A DNA stretch of 64,000 bases from a virus. Lineage: Duplodnaviria > Caudoviricetes. The DNA is taken from IMG/VR virus record IMGVR_UViG_3300014697_000001, positions 1 through 64,000 of that record. One strand, written 5' to 3'. Below the pieces are notes generated by a model. That model saw nothing but the letters and a program-made list of their open reading frames with translations, did not search any database and was not told where the DNA came from. Within the stretch, counting starts at the first letter, position 1. Each line of letters begins with the position of its first letter. Both the position numbers and the translations under genes were made by a program. This document shows positions 47,179 through 56,834 of this stretch, in pieces.

Positions 47179-47715
47179 ATGATCATCGATCCCCTCAAGA
47201 GTTCCATCCAGAATATTCTGGACCTGATGAATGCTGACAACGCCCGTTCGTTGACTCTGGCACAAGTTGCCATCAGTGCCCCGTCTGAGTTCGTTGATCC
47301 GGAAGGCATCAACACCCGCAACACCCAGATCGTCGTATCTGCTGTTGAAGGTAGCACCGAGTTCAAGGGTTCTCAGACCCTGCGTTACACCCGTCTGGAG
47401 CTGGCCACCGTTGGTGCTGCCGTTTCCGAATTCCAGACCACTGCTGAATCGACTCTGGCTGACGTCAAAGCAGCTGTTGTCGCTGAGCTGGGCCTGATCG
47501 CCGAAGACGTAGACTTCGTCGAAACTGTCATGCCGACTTGGTCTGACGAAATGGTTGACGGTGAAACTGCACCGCTGACCCTGCGCGCTGCAGCTGGCTC
47601 GCACGCCTACGTGGGCGACCTGATCGTGACTCTGGTTGAGCCGGTAGACGGCCGTGAGCGCATGAGCCAGGTATACGCCACTAGCGACCTGAGCGGCTTT
47701 GATTACGCAGTCTAA
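47179..47715 (+). CDS. Virion paralogue-array protein (N-domain only)
   Basis: ILDLMNADN...FKGSQTLRYTRLEL...SHAYVG. Confidence 0.7.
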   Translation: MIIDPLKSSIQNILDLMNADNARSLTLAQVAISAPSEFVDPEGINTRNTQIVVSAVEGSTEFKGSQTLRYTRLELATVGAAVSEFQTTAESTLADVKAAVVAELGLIAEDVDFVETVMPTWSDEMVDGETAPLTLRAAAGSHAYVGDLIVTLVEPVDGRERMSQVYATSDLSGFDYAV

Positions 47716-47735
47716 CTCGTAATCTAATGTCAAGG

Positions 47736-47810
47736 GCCACTGCACCTTCGGGTGCAGTGGCTTTATGCCGTCGGACATAAAACAGGGAGGGCCGAAGCCC
47801 TCCCTTATGC
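47736..47810. terminator. Back-to-back hairpins between convergent genes
   Basis: GCCACTGCACC-TTCG-GGTGCAGTGGC-TTTATGCCG, then CGGACATAA...AGGGAGGGC-CGAA-GCCCTCCCT. Confidence 0.8.
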
Positions 47811-47813
47811 TGG

Positions 47814-48830
47814 CTACATCGGAAGATCAAAACCAGAAAGATCAGTCACTGCGTAAACAGTTTTCAGATCCGGCAATCCAGAGAAGTGGAATTTGCTGCC
47901 AGGGACGTAGAACCAAGCATTCTCAGATGCCACCAAATCAAAGCTCGTAATGTTCGGGCCTTGAGGGATCATCGGGGTGGCGACTATTTCGACCGGTGTC
48001 AGCTTGAGGCCGAAGAATGCATTGATCTGCGGTAGCAGGTCGTGCGAGGTTGTAACACCTGTGAAATCAAAGACCGGATGAATGTCCTGGAACGACAACT
48101 CAATAGGGTATCGCTCGTAGTACACTGTAACCTTGCCAGAGTAACCTGACGATGGTTGGGCTGTGATTTCAAGTTGTGTATTCCACGTACCTAACTTTAG
48201 GCTGCGTGTAGGCAGGCCTGGCAGCACGTCACCGAGTTTGAACTTGGTACCGTTGTTGTTGTTGATGATCTCCAACAACCGCGTCCACGCATCGATGGTA
48301 AAGTTAGGTGGGGTGTTCTCTAGCGTCAGGTACTGAGCACGCATCCCCTTTAGGTAAAGGGGGTCTTTCTGAACCATCAAGACCTGACTCAGGATTCGGC
48401 GAACTGTCACCGGGTCCCGAGTCCGCTCCAGGTACTGGAGACGAGCGTCCCGTACGTTAGCAGGCGCCTTATCGATCACCATTGCTTGCGCCAATACACG
48501 TCGTAACGAGACAGGGTCTCGGGTCGATTCAATGTACTGGAGGCGTGTATCACGTACGTTAGCAGGGCCCTTGTCCACAACCAGTGCCTGCGCTAACACT
48601 CTTCTCAGTGAGACAGGGTCTCGGGTCGATTCGAGGTATTGCAGACGCTGGTTACGCAGGTTGGCAGGATCTTCAGACACGGTCAGCATTTGTGCATTGA
48701 CCCGACGTACTGAGACGGGGGCCTTGTCTACTGCCAAGTAATCGACCCGGATATCCCGTAGTGCTGCATCATTCTGATCTACGTAGAGGTACTGGATGCG
48801 AATACTTCGCAGGTTAGCTGACTCGGTCAT
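47814..48830 (-). CDS. Virion array protein with ten 17-aa N-terminal repeats
   Basis: DPVSLRRVLAQALVVDK / xPANVRDxRLQYxExTR repeats followed by the array domain. Confidence 0.75.
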   Translation of the reverse strand: MTESANLRSIRIQYLYVDQNDAALRDIRVDYLAVDKAPVSVRRVNAQMLTVSEDPANLRNQRLQYLESTRDPVSLRRVLAQALVVDKGPANVRDTRLQYIESTRDPVSLRRVLAQAMVIDKAPANVRDARLQYLERTRDPVTVRRILSQVLMVQKDPLYLKGMRAQYLTLENTPPNFTIDAWTRLLEIINNNNGTKFKLGDVLPGLPTRSLKLGTWNTQLEITAQPSSGYSGKVTVYYERYPIELSFQDIHPVFDFTGVTTSHDLLPQINAFFGLKLTPVEIVATPMIPQGPNITSFDLVASENAWFYVPGSKFHFSGLPDLKTVYAVTDLSGFDLPM

Positions 48831-48835
48831 GATGT

Positions 48836-49882
48836 TCAGCTTCCTGTTTTGGAGTTGATGAGGACCTCAAGCTGATCGATGGAATCGACCGTCCAAGGCT
48901 GGTTGTTCAGGTCCTTGTTGAGACACCCGATGCGGTTGGCGTTAGCACCCTCACGCAGCACACTGGTGTTAAGGGACTGAGTCTTCTTAGCCGAGACTGC
49001 CTCGCCCTGACGCAGCTGCGACTCGATGACAGGTACGGTACCGGTATCCCGATAACCATACATCTCAATTGAGACAGCCCGAATCGGGAAGGCAGTGTCT
49101 GGCTTGGCAAAGCTGAACGAAGCCACAGACTCGGCCGGTGAGGTACGAATGACAGGAGACACTTCACCGTTAGGGCCGAGGGTGGTGGTGTCCAGTACAG
49201 TGGACGGTGTGGCCCCTTCTGGCACGACCCAATCGGTAGGCACGACTGAGGTATCGACCTTGACAGCACCAACCTTGACAGGCCCCAGGCGCGACGACGG
49301 AGTGTCATCGAGATCGGAGGTGTCAACCAGCCAGTAGAAGTCGTTGTAGTAGTGCATTTCACTCGTTGGACTGTTTCCAGTCTGTCCGTAGTACATGAAC
49401 CCTTCGTTCGTCGAAGTCGTTTCGGCGGTGTTGAGTGGCCCACTGTTACGCATGACCCCATCGACCCAGACTTTGAATGTCAGGTTGGGGATGTCGATCA
49501 TGTACTCGATGTAGGCCTCACCCTGCACTGACGTTAACTGTGAATCTGTCAGCAGGGTGTACCCTGTCGCCCGAGAGAAGTACAGGATAGTAGCACCTTC
49601 AAACGCTGCGTTGTTGGTGATAGCGTACCGAAAGCCACCGTAAATTTTACGGGTCTTGGCCTCGGTGTTAGTGATCCCGACATTCTTGAGATCCATCCGG
49701 AGATAGGGTCCGGCCGCACCATAGATCCTCAACCAGCGTCGATTGTTGTATTGCACGCAACTAACATTCGCTGCGGTGGCCCCTGGGTTAAGTGCCGAAA
49801 TGATACCTTTACCCAGCAGCTCAAGTGTCGGGTAGCGGGTATCGGCCGGGAAGTCAGCGAACCCTAGAATTTCTTTGATCAT
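48836..49882 (-). CDS. Virion protein with a ConA/LamG-like beta-sandwich
   Basis: YIEYMID..VWVDG..DFYW..RLGPV; paralogue of 49885. Confidence 0.6.
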   Translation of the reverse strand: MIKEILGFADFPADTRYPTLELLGKGIISALNPGATAANVSCVQYNNRRWLRIYGAAGPYLRMDLKNVGITNTEAKTRKIYGGFRYAITNNAAFEGATILYFSRATGYTLLTDSQLTSVQGEAYIEYMIDIPNLTFKVWVDGVMRNSGPLNTAETTSTNEGFMYYGQTGNSPTSEMHYYNDFYWLVDTSDLDDTPSSRLGPVKVGAVKVDTSVVPTDWVVPEGATPSTVLDTTTLGPNGEVSPVIRTSPAESVASFSFAKPDTAFPIRAVSIEMYGYRDTGTVPVIESQLRQGEAVSAKKTQSLNTSVLREGANANRIGCLNKDLNNQPWTVDSIDQLEVLINSKTGS

Positions 49883-49884
49883 GA

Positions 49885-51480
49885 TCAGGCTTCCCCTGTC
49901 TTGGATTTAACGATGAGCTTCAATTGACCGACGGTGTCTGCTGTCCATGCATCGCCGGTGTGACTGACTGCCAGGTTCTCAAGTATAGGACCCATCCGGA
50001 AATCAGTATCCATGCGAAGGTTTTGTTCAGGACCCTGAACATCACCAACTTCACTGCGGACAATGAGTCGTTCTTCGGTACCAGGATCGCGTTTACCCGT
50101 CAGGCGCAACTGCACCATCTTGATATCAGCACTACCTACCACCGGAGTAGCAAACCGGAATGCAGCTTCAGATTCACTGATCGAGGTCCGAAGCACTGGC
50201 GATGCAGTATCAACCATGTTGTGGTTATAAGACATGTTTACCAGCGACGTAGGGTCGGTGTTGATCCGTACATCTGCAGGATCTCCCAGCAACTGGAAGT
50301 GCTGCATGCTCACGTACCTACTTGCGCTGCTGCCGATTACCTGTTTGGTTGACACCAGTCGATAGAACTTATAGGCGCCGACCTTGTCGACCGGAAGACT
50401 ATGGACGATTGTCGCCCCCGATGCATGAGCGGTGGCCTGGTTTGTCTTGGTGTCGAGTACAGTCCATTGCACACCATCCGAACTGGCTTCGAAGGTCCAA
50501 TCATCCATGAATCCGTAATCAGTCCCTACAGGCCGTTTGAGTGCATAGGCAGTCACTTTCTTGGCGGAGACAAAATCTACACCGAGGGTGTTCTTGCTAT
50601 CGGTCTGCTGGTTGCTGAACCCGGTTATGCCTGTGCCAAGAGGATCGGCGGCGGCGAAGAATGAACCCACGCGGGACCCGACAGTGGTCGACAATGTCAG
50701 CTTGATAGACCCTTCCTTGACATTGCTTTCAAGGTAACGGGGAATCAGGCCTTGGTACGTCTTGTCGACACCATCGACCTGGTAGGTGAGCCGTGGCTCG
50801 TCCAGGTACCCCCAGTCTTCTGGGAATGTTGTTTCGGCCACCGGAAGCCACTTGACCTGCACCGGACCCAACCGGTCGCAGGGGGTGTCATCTTCCGTAT
50901 CCCAGAGGACGTACAAGTCCGAGAAGTCCATGACAACACCTGGGTTTCCACTGGGAACTGTGTTGAAATACTGCCAGATACCGAAGGTTGACGCCATGGT
51001 CATAGTCCATGCCCCACTTGCCTTCATTTCGCCGTTAATCCACAGTTCCAGGACCTTTTTGGCCACATCGATTACATACTCGACGTAATGCTCGCCAGGC
51101 GTTAGCTTGGAAATGATATCGATCGACGGACTCCATCCAACGCCATCGATAAGGACCATTGGTGCGGAAGGGTAATTCGCTACTATGGAATTGATATGGA
51201 TTCGGTACCCGATCACACCTTTTGTAAGTTTGGTCTGATTACCAAACCATGTCGACAGGGGTAGATTTTCGGTAAATCTGAAGACTCGGTTACCGGAATT
51301 GTTGTAGTAAACCAAGGCTGCCTGTAACCGAACCCGGCCATCGCGTTTAACCGTGTTCCACTGCATCGCAGTGGACGTTGATCCATCCAGTAGATCGAAG
51401 CCTTCGTGCCTAATGCGCGTTACACTGATGCCACTGATCAACGGCATCTGATCAAACCCGATCATGTTCACAATAGCCAT
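49885..51480 (-). CDS. Virion protein with a LamG-like domain and an inserted F5/8-type-C (discoidin) domain
   Basis: VTAYAL..WTFEASSDGVQWTVLD..YKFYRL. Confidence 0.65.
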   Translation of the reverse strand: MAIVNMIGFDQMPLISGISVTRIRHEGFDLLDGSTSTAMQWNTVKRDGRVRLQAALVYYNNSGNRVFRFTENLPLSTWFGNQTKLTKGVIGYRIHINSIVANYPSAPMVLIDGVGWSPSIDIISKLTPGEHYVEYVIDVAKKVLELWINGEMKASGAWTMTMASTFGIWQYFNTVPSGNPGVVMDFSDLYVLWDTEDDTPCDRLGPVQVKWLPVAETTFPEDWGYLDEPRLTYQVDGVDKTYQGLIPRYLESNVKEGSIKLTLSTTVGSRVGSFFAAADPLGTGITGFSNQQTDSKNTLGVDFVSAKKVTAYALKRPVGTDYGFMDDWTFEASSDGVQWTVLDTKTNQATAHASGATIVHSLPVDKVGAYKFYRLVSTKQVIGSSASRYVSMQHFQLLGDPADVRINTDPTSLVNMSYNHNMVDTASPVLRTSISESEAAFRFATPVVGSADIKMVQLRLTGKRDPGTEERLIVRSEVGDVQGPEQNLRMDTDFRMGPILENLAVSHTGDAWTADTVGQLKLIVKSKTGEA

Positions 51481-51481
51481 C

Positions 51482-51832
51482 TCACACCTCCATCAGGTTG
51501 TATTGTAGGCACACTTTGCCAGTCGGTGCCATTGACCCTTCAGGGAACATCAACATCAAGACATGGCTGTATTTGGAGTTAGTGGGCAAGTCAGGTGTGT
51601 TAACGCCGTTGTAGCAGACATGGACATTGGTCAGGTTCCACTGAACACTTACGTCATCTGTCACCCAACTGTCTTTACCCTCGCCCTTGTCGATTTCCTG
51701 AAGAAGCGCCACCATACCCAGCGCGGTATCGTCTTTCAGGACAGTGTCAACTTGGATGGTCTTCAGCGCTTCTGCCACCGGAGTGAAGTCCGTACCAAAG
51801 AAGTAGTTGATCCATTTACGTTCAGTCATCAT
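51482..51832 (-). CDS. Array protein (C-domain only)
   Basis: YNGVNTPDLPTNSKY matches the C-half of 53237. Confidence 0.7.
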   Translation of the reverse strand: MMTERKWINYFFGTDFTPVAEALKTIQVDTVLKDDTALGMVALLQEIDKGEGKDSWVTDDVSVQWNLTNVHVCYNGVNTPDLPTNSKYSHVLMLMFPEGSMAPTGKVCLQYNLMEV

Positions 51833-52311
51833 TACCACCTGAGGCTGGTGTCAGTCACCGCCAGTGAAAGGGGTGGTAGATCCCGGAAAGTGAAGACTCC
51901 GGTCCCATACCAACCATGAGATTCAGGTTTAGCAGTCAGTGTCACCTGGAAGGTCCCATCCTCGAGCGCCACGACAGGCGAATCTTCCACCGCCTCATCT
52001 GTCAGATTGACACTGGTGGCATCGCGGAAGTTATCGAGCATCTCATAGAGCGTGGCTCCTGGACTGATGTTCGGGAGTACAGGGAACTTAGCAGCCAACT
52101 CAGCGAAGGGAAGACGGTTATACTGAATGACCGCCGTCCCCCGATACTGGTATGCGGGCTGACAGGTAATACGCACCTTGACTACTTTGCCTGAGGGATC
52201 GTCTACTGGAACCACCGGACTCATGTGAAGTCCTGTGTGATCCAGTGTTGCCAATGTTTCTCGGTTCAGTCCCGAGATGACATCAGCCTTGGAGCCTTGT
52301 ATCAGCGCCAT
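51832..52311 (-). CDS. Array protein (N-domain only)
   Basis: YRGTAVIQYNRL...SHGWYG. Confidence 0.7.
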   Translation of the reverse strand: MALIQGSKADVISGLNRETLATLDHTGLHMSPVVPVDDPSGKVVKVRITCQPAYQYRGTAVIQYNRLPFAELAAKFPVLPNISPGATLYEMLDNFRDATSVNLTDEAVEDSPVVALEDGTFQVTLTAKPESHGWYGTGVFTFRDLPPLSLAVTDTSLRW

Positions 52312-52326
52312 GGGTCACCTCGACCG

Positions 52327-53187
52327 TTATACGTTGTAATGCATAATGATTTTTCCTGCAAACCAGCTATCGTCTCGACTGGAGATTAGGATCACGCGGT
52401 TGAACCTGCTAGCATTCCCTTCAGGGGCGTTGATGTTCGGTAAACTGAACCGAGTGAACACCAGCCCACCTATCCCTCCAACTTCCGTATGAGGTTTGTT
52501 GGTGTCTAGCATGATGCCAGAGACCTGCCGGTACCAGCCTATCAACTGGTTAAGTCCAATGTCGAACCTGTTGATGGTCCAATTGTTGGATATGTTCCCG
52601 GCCACTGCTGCATACGCACTGAAATCAAGCCCGACGTTAACCAACGACAGCAGGGGTTTACCTTCCACATAGCGACTGTCCCAGAAGCGACTCTGAAAGG
52701 TCTCCACGTTGGCTGGAAGGATCTGATCGAGTGCTCGCTTACCACGGGTATAGGTGAACCTGAACCGACCCTTGTACGTCAGCGATGTCGGTAAGATGTC
52801 GACGGTGTAGGTGGTTCCGCCCCAAGTTGTATTGGGAAGATCATCATCTACCAGCGTCAGACCAAACAGTTGGTTTATCTGTTCACGCAGAATCGTCCGA
52901 TCGATGGAGCCAGACGGCGTCCAACGGTCTATCTTAATCGTCATGTTGGCAAATAGCCTACTGACGTCGATTCGACGATAGTGGACAATCTGTTTCCCGA
53001 TGTAAAACGACTCTGGGGTAGCATACAACTCGAGGGAGGTGTCTGCGATCTCGCCGGCGGCGGGCGTTCGGTTAAAGGGTAATCCGAGCCGTGTATTGAC
53101 CAGATCCCTCGGTTCCAACAACCCAGGGTTGGACTCATTGATCAGGTTGTACAACAGGTCTATCTGAGGTTTTGAGTAATAAGACAT
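52327..53187 (-). CDS. Virion array protein
   Basis: LYNLINESN..YRRIDV..FNRVI..MHYN. Confidence 0.75.
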   Translation of the reverse strand: MSYYSKPQIDLLYNLINESNPGLLEPRDLVNTRLGLPFNRTPAAGEIADTSLELYATPESFYIGKQIVHYRRIDVSRLFANMTIKIDRWTPSGSIDRTILREQINQLFGLTLVDDDLPNTTWGGTTYTVDILPTSLTYKGRFRFTYTRGKRALDQILPANVETFQSRFWDSRYVEGKPLLSLVNVGLDFSAYAAVAGNISNNWTINRFDIGLNQLIGWYRQVSGIMLDTNKPHTEVGGIGGLVFTRFSLPNINAPEGNASRFNRVILISSRDDSWFAGKIIMHYNV

Positions 53188-53236
53188 TGTGAGTTCCGCC
53201 CATGTCAGGTCCCTGGCCTAGGCCAGGGACTTATGC

Positions 53237-54112
53237 TCAGACTGCGTTAGGATCGATTGGATCGTCGTAATGCAGGTAGAAGACACCGGGCGGCGTGATC
53301 ACGGTGTCACGCATCTTGATTCCTACCACGTACTTGTAGGACGAGTTGGTGGGCAGCAGCGGACTGTTGATGCCGTTATACACCACCTCAGCACCCCCAA
53401 GCGCCCATGTGGTCGCCGCACCGTCCAATGTCCACAGGCTCTTGCCGACGTTGGTATCGAGTGCCTTGATAGCATCCAGAAGCGTTGTATCTGTGTCGTC
53501 GATGAACTGACCTACCGTCAGGACGTCAAGCAGATCCTTGTACGCGGTAAAGTCGTACGGGTACAGATAGGTCAGTGCAGACCCCTGCGCACCGTCACCC
53601 TCGACCGGGTAGTCAAAGCCTGGGAGCTGAGTAGTGGTCAGGTGATCGGCCAGGACGGCATCACCCTGCTGGACCATGATCTCAACCTGACCGATCCAAC
53701 CGACTGCATGTGGTTGAGCCCGGAGTACGCACGCCACTGGCACGTCGCCGATTTCGGGCAGGGGTTCATCGATGAACTCATCGGGGTCCAGGACGATGCC
53801 GTAACGAAGCCTCAGGGGCTTGATGAGGTCATGGGTCGTGTCCGGCAAGTAGTTCTTGATGGACAGGGGGATCAGCTTGTTGAAATCGTCCAGCTTCAGA
53901 CGGTCGTAACAGATGACCCTGCTGCCTTGAAAGGAGGACGCCTCTTTGGCGGTGATCTTGATTGCGGTATTGCGGTCGATCAGACCTTCACGCCACGTCC
54001 CTGCAATAGGGGTGGGTAGGCCAAAATCCAGTTCAGCTACAGTCAGAGCGGCGCTGTTGGCGCTGTTGATGTAATCGACCAAGCTCTGTTTGGCGGTACG
54101 ATGAATACTCAT
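53237..54112 (-). CDS. Virion array protein
   Basis: LVDYINSAN..YDRLKL..YLHYD. Confidence 0.75.
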   Translation of the reverse strand: MSIHRTAKQSLVDYINSANSAALTVAELDFGLPTPIAGTWREGLIDRNTAIKITAKEASSFQGSRVICYDRLKLDDFNKLIPLSIKNYLPDTTHDLIKPLRLRYGIVLDPDEFIDEPLPEIGDVPVACVLRAQPHAVGWIGQVEIMVQQGDAVLADHLTTTQLPGFDYPVEGDGAQGSALTYLYPYDFTAYKDLLDVLTVGQFIDDTDTTLLDAIKALDTNVGKSLWTLDGAATTWALGGAEVVYNGINSPLLPTNSSYKYVVGIKMRDTVITPPGVFYLHYDDPIDPNAV

Positions 54113-54123
54113 ATTCAGTGCCC

Positions 54124-55122
54124 TTAGACGTTATAGTGGAAGTAGAGCTTACCCGCACCCCATGGGCAATCGTCTGGCAGTGTCAGAACAAGTACCCGGT
54201 TAAAGAACTCGGAGTTTGCCTCAGGTACTGCGGCATGCGGCAGTATGTACCGGTTGATGCGTGCGCCCGTCATCCCCAGTTCCTTGACGAGATAACCGGT
54301 TGTTGGATCGCTACCATCGTACGCGACCCCGTTGGTAGAAGCGGAGCGACCGACGTAGCGTGTAGCGGTGATCCGCGGGCCATTTCTGGGAATGACCATC
54401 GGGAAGACTTCGTTGATCAGTTGTGTGTGTAATAATGATACGTTGGTGCCAGCCCACTGGCCCAGGAAGGAAGCGCTCGTCACCCAGCTACTGTCAAGTA
54501 TGGCCGACTTATTGGAATAATCGGTGTTAAAGCCGTCTGGGGTGATCCAGTACTTGCGCATCGGATCGTCCTGGTCGTTACCGCCCGGATATAGACGTCC
54601 GCCCATCACATCCACTGGCAGCAACGATTCCAGTGTTCGTTCGCCTACGAACCATTTGGCCTGAATGGTTCCGATAAAAACCAAGTTACTGCTCGTGGGA
54701 GAAAGGATAAACGCGTCTCCCCGGATACCGTTATAGCCCGTCAACCACCCGTTATTCCACTCACCCACTGTGAACGGTATGCCGTACTTTTCAGAGTACA
54801 GTGGCAGTAAGGTATCGATCTGGATCAGGTTGCCGCTCGCCTGACCGCCATTCGCCACCCACTTCTGTACTTCCAGCGTCATGTTGCGGAAAAGAAAGCC
54901 CACATTCAACCGCCGGTAAGTCACTACAATGTTGCCAATGTAGTTGGTGTTCGGTTTGGCGATCACCCGGATCTTGGTGTTGTGGCCATTGCCTGGATCG
55001 GTGATCGTCTCAGGCAGGGTGAAATCAAAATCAGTGTCATTGATCGGGAAGGGGAGGTTGGGATTCCCTTCGTTAATCAGATCGACCAGCATCTGCTTGG
55101 CCGTTTTGGTATAGATAGCCAT
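54124..55122 (-). CDS. Virion array protein
   Basis: LVDLINEGN..YRRLNV..FNRVL..YFHYN. Confidence 0.75.
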   Translation of the reverse strand: MAIYTKTAKQMLVDLINEGNPNLPFPINDTDFDFTLPETITDPGNGHNTKIRVIAKPNTNYIGNIVVTYRRLNVGFLFRNMTLEVQKWVANGGQASGNLIQIDTLLPLYSEKYGIPFTVGEWNNGWLTGYNGIRGDAFILSPTSSNLVFIGTIQAKWFVGERTLESLLPVDVMGGRLYPGGNDQDDPMRKYWITPDGFNTDYSNKSAILDSSWVTSASFLGQWAGTNVSLLHTQLINEVFPMVIPRNGPRITATRYVGRSASTNGVAYDGSDPTTGYLVKELGMTGARINRYILPHAAVPEANSEFFNRVLVLTLPDDCPWGAGKLYFHYNV

Positions 55123-55157
55123 GCGCTAACCCTTTCATGAAAAGTAACTGGGAGACT

Positions 55158-55961
55158 TTACCAGTCCAGATCGTAATGGAAATACAGCGGTCCCATTACC
55201 CCACCGGTGGCGTACGTCTGGATCATCACACGTTGGAACTTCGGATTGGCGTTAGCGATCTCGCTCGTCGCCCGATCCACCACGGAGTTATTATTCCATG
55301 ACGGCAGTCCGGCTTTGGCACCGATTTCAAGTACGCGGCTGAAGTTCGCCCAGCGGCCTGTTTTCGGGTCAATCTGAAGATCTTTCTTATAGCCGGTAAA
55401 GTCGAAGTTATACGTGGACATGTACCCATACCGACGGTTCGATCCTAGAATCGTGAGGTCGGTCGGATGATCAAGCAGAGGCAATAACCGAACCAGAACA
55501 ACGGTTTCCAGCAGAGGGTTACCGTACGTGGTCTCGACCACCACCCGACCCATCCAGTTCCACGAGTTGTCCTTGACCTGGATCTCAATCAATTGAGTGG
55601 TTTCAAGGGTATCGAACTCAGGGATTACCGGTTCCTGGATATCGACTGGCTCGAGGTACAAGCCGTACTTGTTATTCAGGTGACTTAGCAGCCAGTCTCG
55701 GTTGATGGTTCCGTTGGTCCGGGCTTTCGCCGCGACTCCGTCACCACTAAACAAGGCAGAAAGGTCATGCCGATCAAAGAGGATCTCTACCTCGCCCTTG
55801 TATCCCTTCCCTACGATGCCTGAGAGCACCACACCGGTATTTCTCACTCCACCGCTGGCCTTAGCCATGGGTGTTGCCATCTCGACGTTATCGAGCCTTA
55901 CAGGGATGCGTAGATCGTTCTGCTCATTGACCAGTTGCAGAACTTTAAGACGTCCGTCCAT
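55158..55961 (-). CDS. Virion array protein
   Basis: LQLVNEQN..YKG..DRHDL..YFHYD. Confidence 0.75.
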   Translation of the reverse strand: MDGRLKVLQLVNEQNDLRIPVRLDNVEMATPMAKASGGVRNTGVVLSGIVGKGYKGEVEILFDRHDLSALFSGDGVAAKARTNGTINRDWLLSHLNNKYGLYLEPVDIQEPVIPEFDTLETTQLIEIQVKDNSWNWMGRVVVETTYGNPLLETVVLVRLLPLLDHPTDLTILGSNRRYGYMSTYNFDFTGYKKDLQIDPKTGRWANFSRVLEIGAKAGLPSWNNNSVVDRATSEIANANPKFQRVMIQTYATGGVMGPLYFHYDLDW

Positions 55962-55974
55962 CAGATCACCTCAC

Positions 55975-56820
55975 TTAAGCTTGAGCGAACGGGTCGACCG
56001 GATCACTGAAGTGGATGATAAGATCCCCACTGATTCCGAATGCATCGTTGTGGTCAAGACCCACAATCAGTCCGTAATCGTAGTTGTCGTTGAACAGACC
56101 GTTCTCTGCAGTAGGACCTGCAAACTTGATGATTGCACCCCCCAGACTGAACTGACTGTAACCGGTATGGGCCCAAGTGTCGCCCGTGATGTCGGTCAGG
56201 ATCGTCGCCAGCTCTACCGGGATGGCCTGACCTGCGACCAGGGTCTTCAGATAAGCGGCGTGCTCGGAAAAATCACGCCAGTAGCTGTAGAACTGCGCAA
56301 AGGGCAGGGTGGCGTACTGAGTCGGGTATTGGAACCCAGGTAGCGCCGTGTTGACCAGGTAGTTCTCCAGTGGGATGTCACCCTGTTTGACAGAAACATC
56401 CACTGTCCCGATCCAGCCCAGACTGGTTTCCTCAGCCGTCAATGTGACGGTCTTATAGGTCACCATGTCCACCGCATCTACCAGCACGATATCGGTCGGC
56501 TCGAGGTTCAGACCGAAACGCTCATTGATGTATGGCAGGATATCGTGAGAGTTGCTGAACTCAGGTGCCTGAATGCTCAGCGTTACAAGCTTTGGAAGGT
56601 CAGCCAGGCTCAACCGGTTATAGAAGATCTGTACCGAACCCTGATAAGGGGCGACGTTGTTGTTGGCGGTGACGGTGACGTAGGTGTTTTGCCCTGGATT
56701 GGTTCCGGTGTCGTTGACCGTCGGATTCTCAAAGTCATAATCTTCAGGACTCAGCTGAATCCCGTTGTTTTGGGCAATCACACCCAGCAGGGTTGTTACT
56801 GGGTCCTTATAAAGAGACAT
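55975..56820 (-). CDS. Virion array protein
   Basis: YQGSVQIFYNRL..SLGWIG..IIHF. Confidence 0.75.
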   Translation of the reverse strand: MSLYKDPVTTLLGVIAQNNGIQLSPEDYDFENPTVNDTGTNPGQNTYVTVTANNNVAPYQGSVQIFYNRLSLADLPKLVTLSIQAPEFSNSHDILPYINERFGLNLEPTDIVLVDAVDMVTYKTVTLTAEETSLGWIGTVDVSVKQGDIPLENYLVNTALPGFQYPTQYATLPFAQFYSYWRDFSEHAAYLKTLVAGQAIPVELATILTDITGDTWAHTGYSQFSLGGAIIKFAGPTAENGLFNDNYDYGLIVGLDHNDAFGISGDLIIHFSDPVDPFAQA

Positions 56821-56834
56821 GAGTAAAACTCCGA

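Noticed and set aside
48400-48640. CRISPR-like periodic repeats
   Set aside because: They are in-frame coding repeats with no unique spacers.
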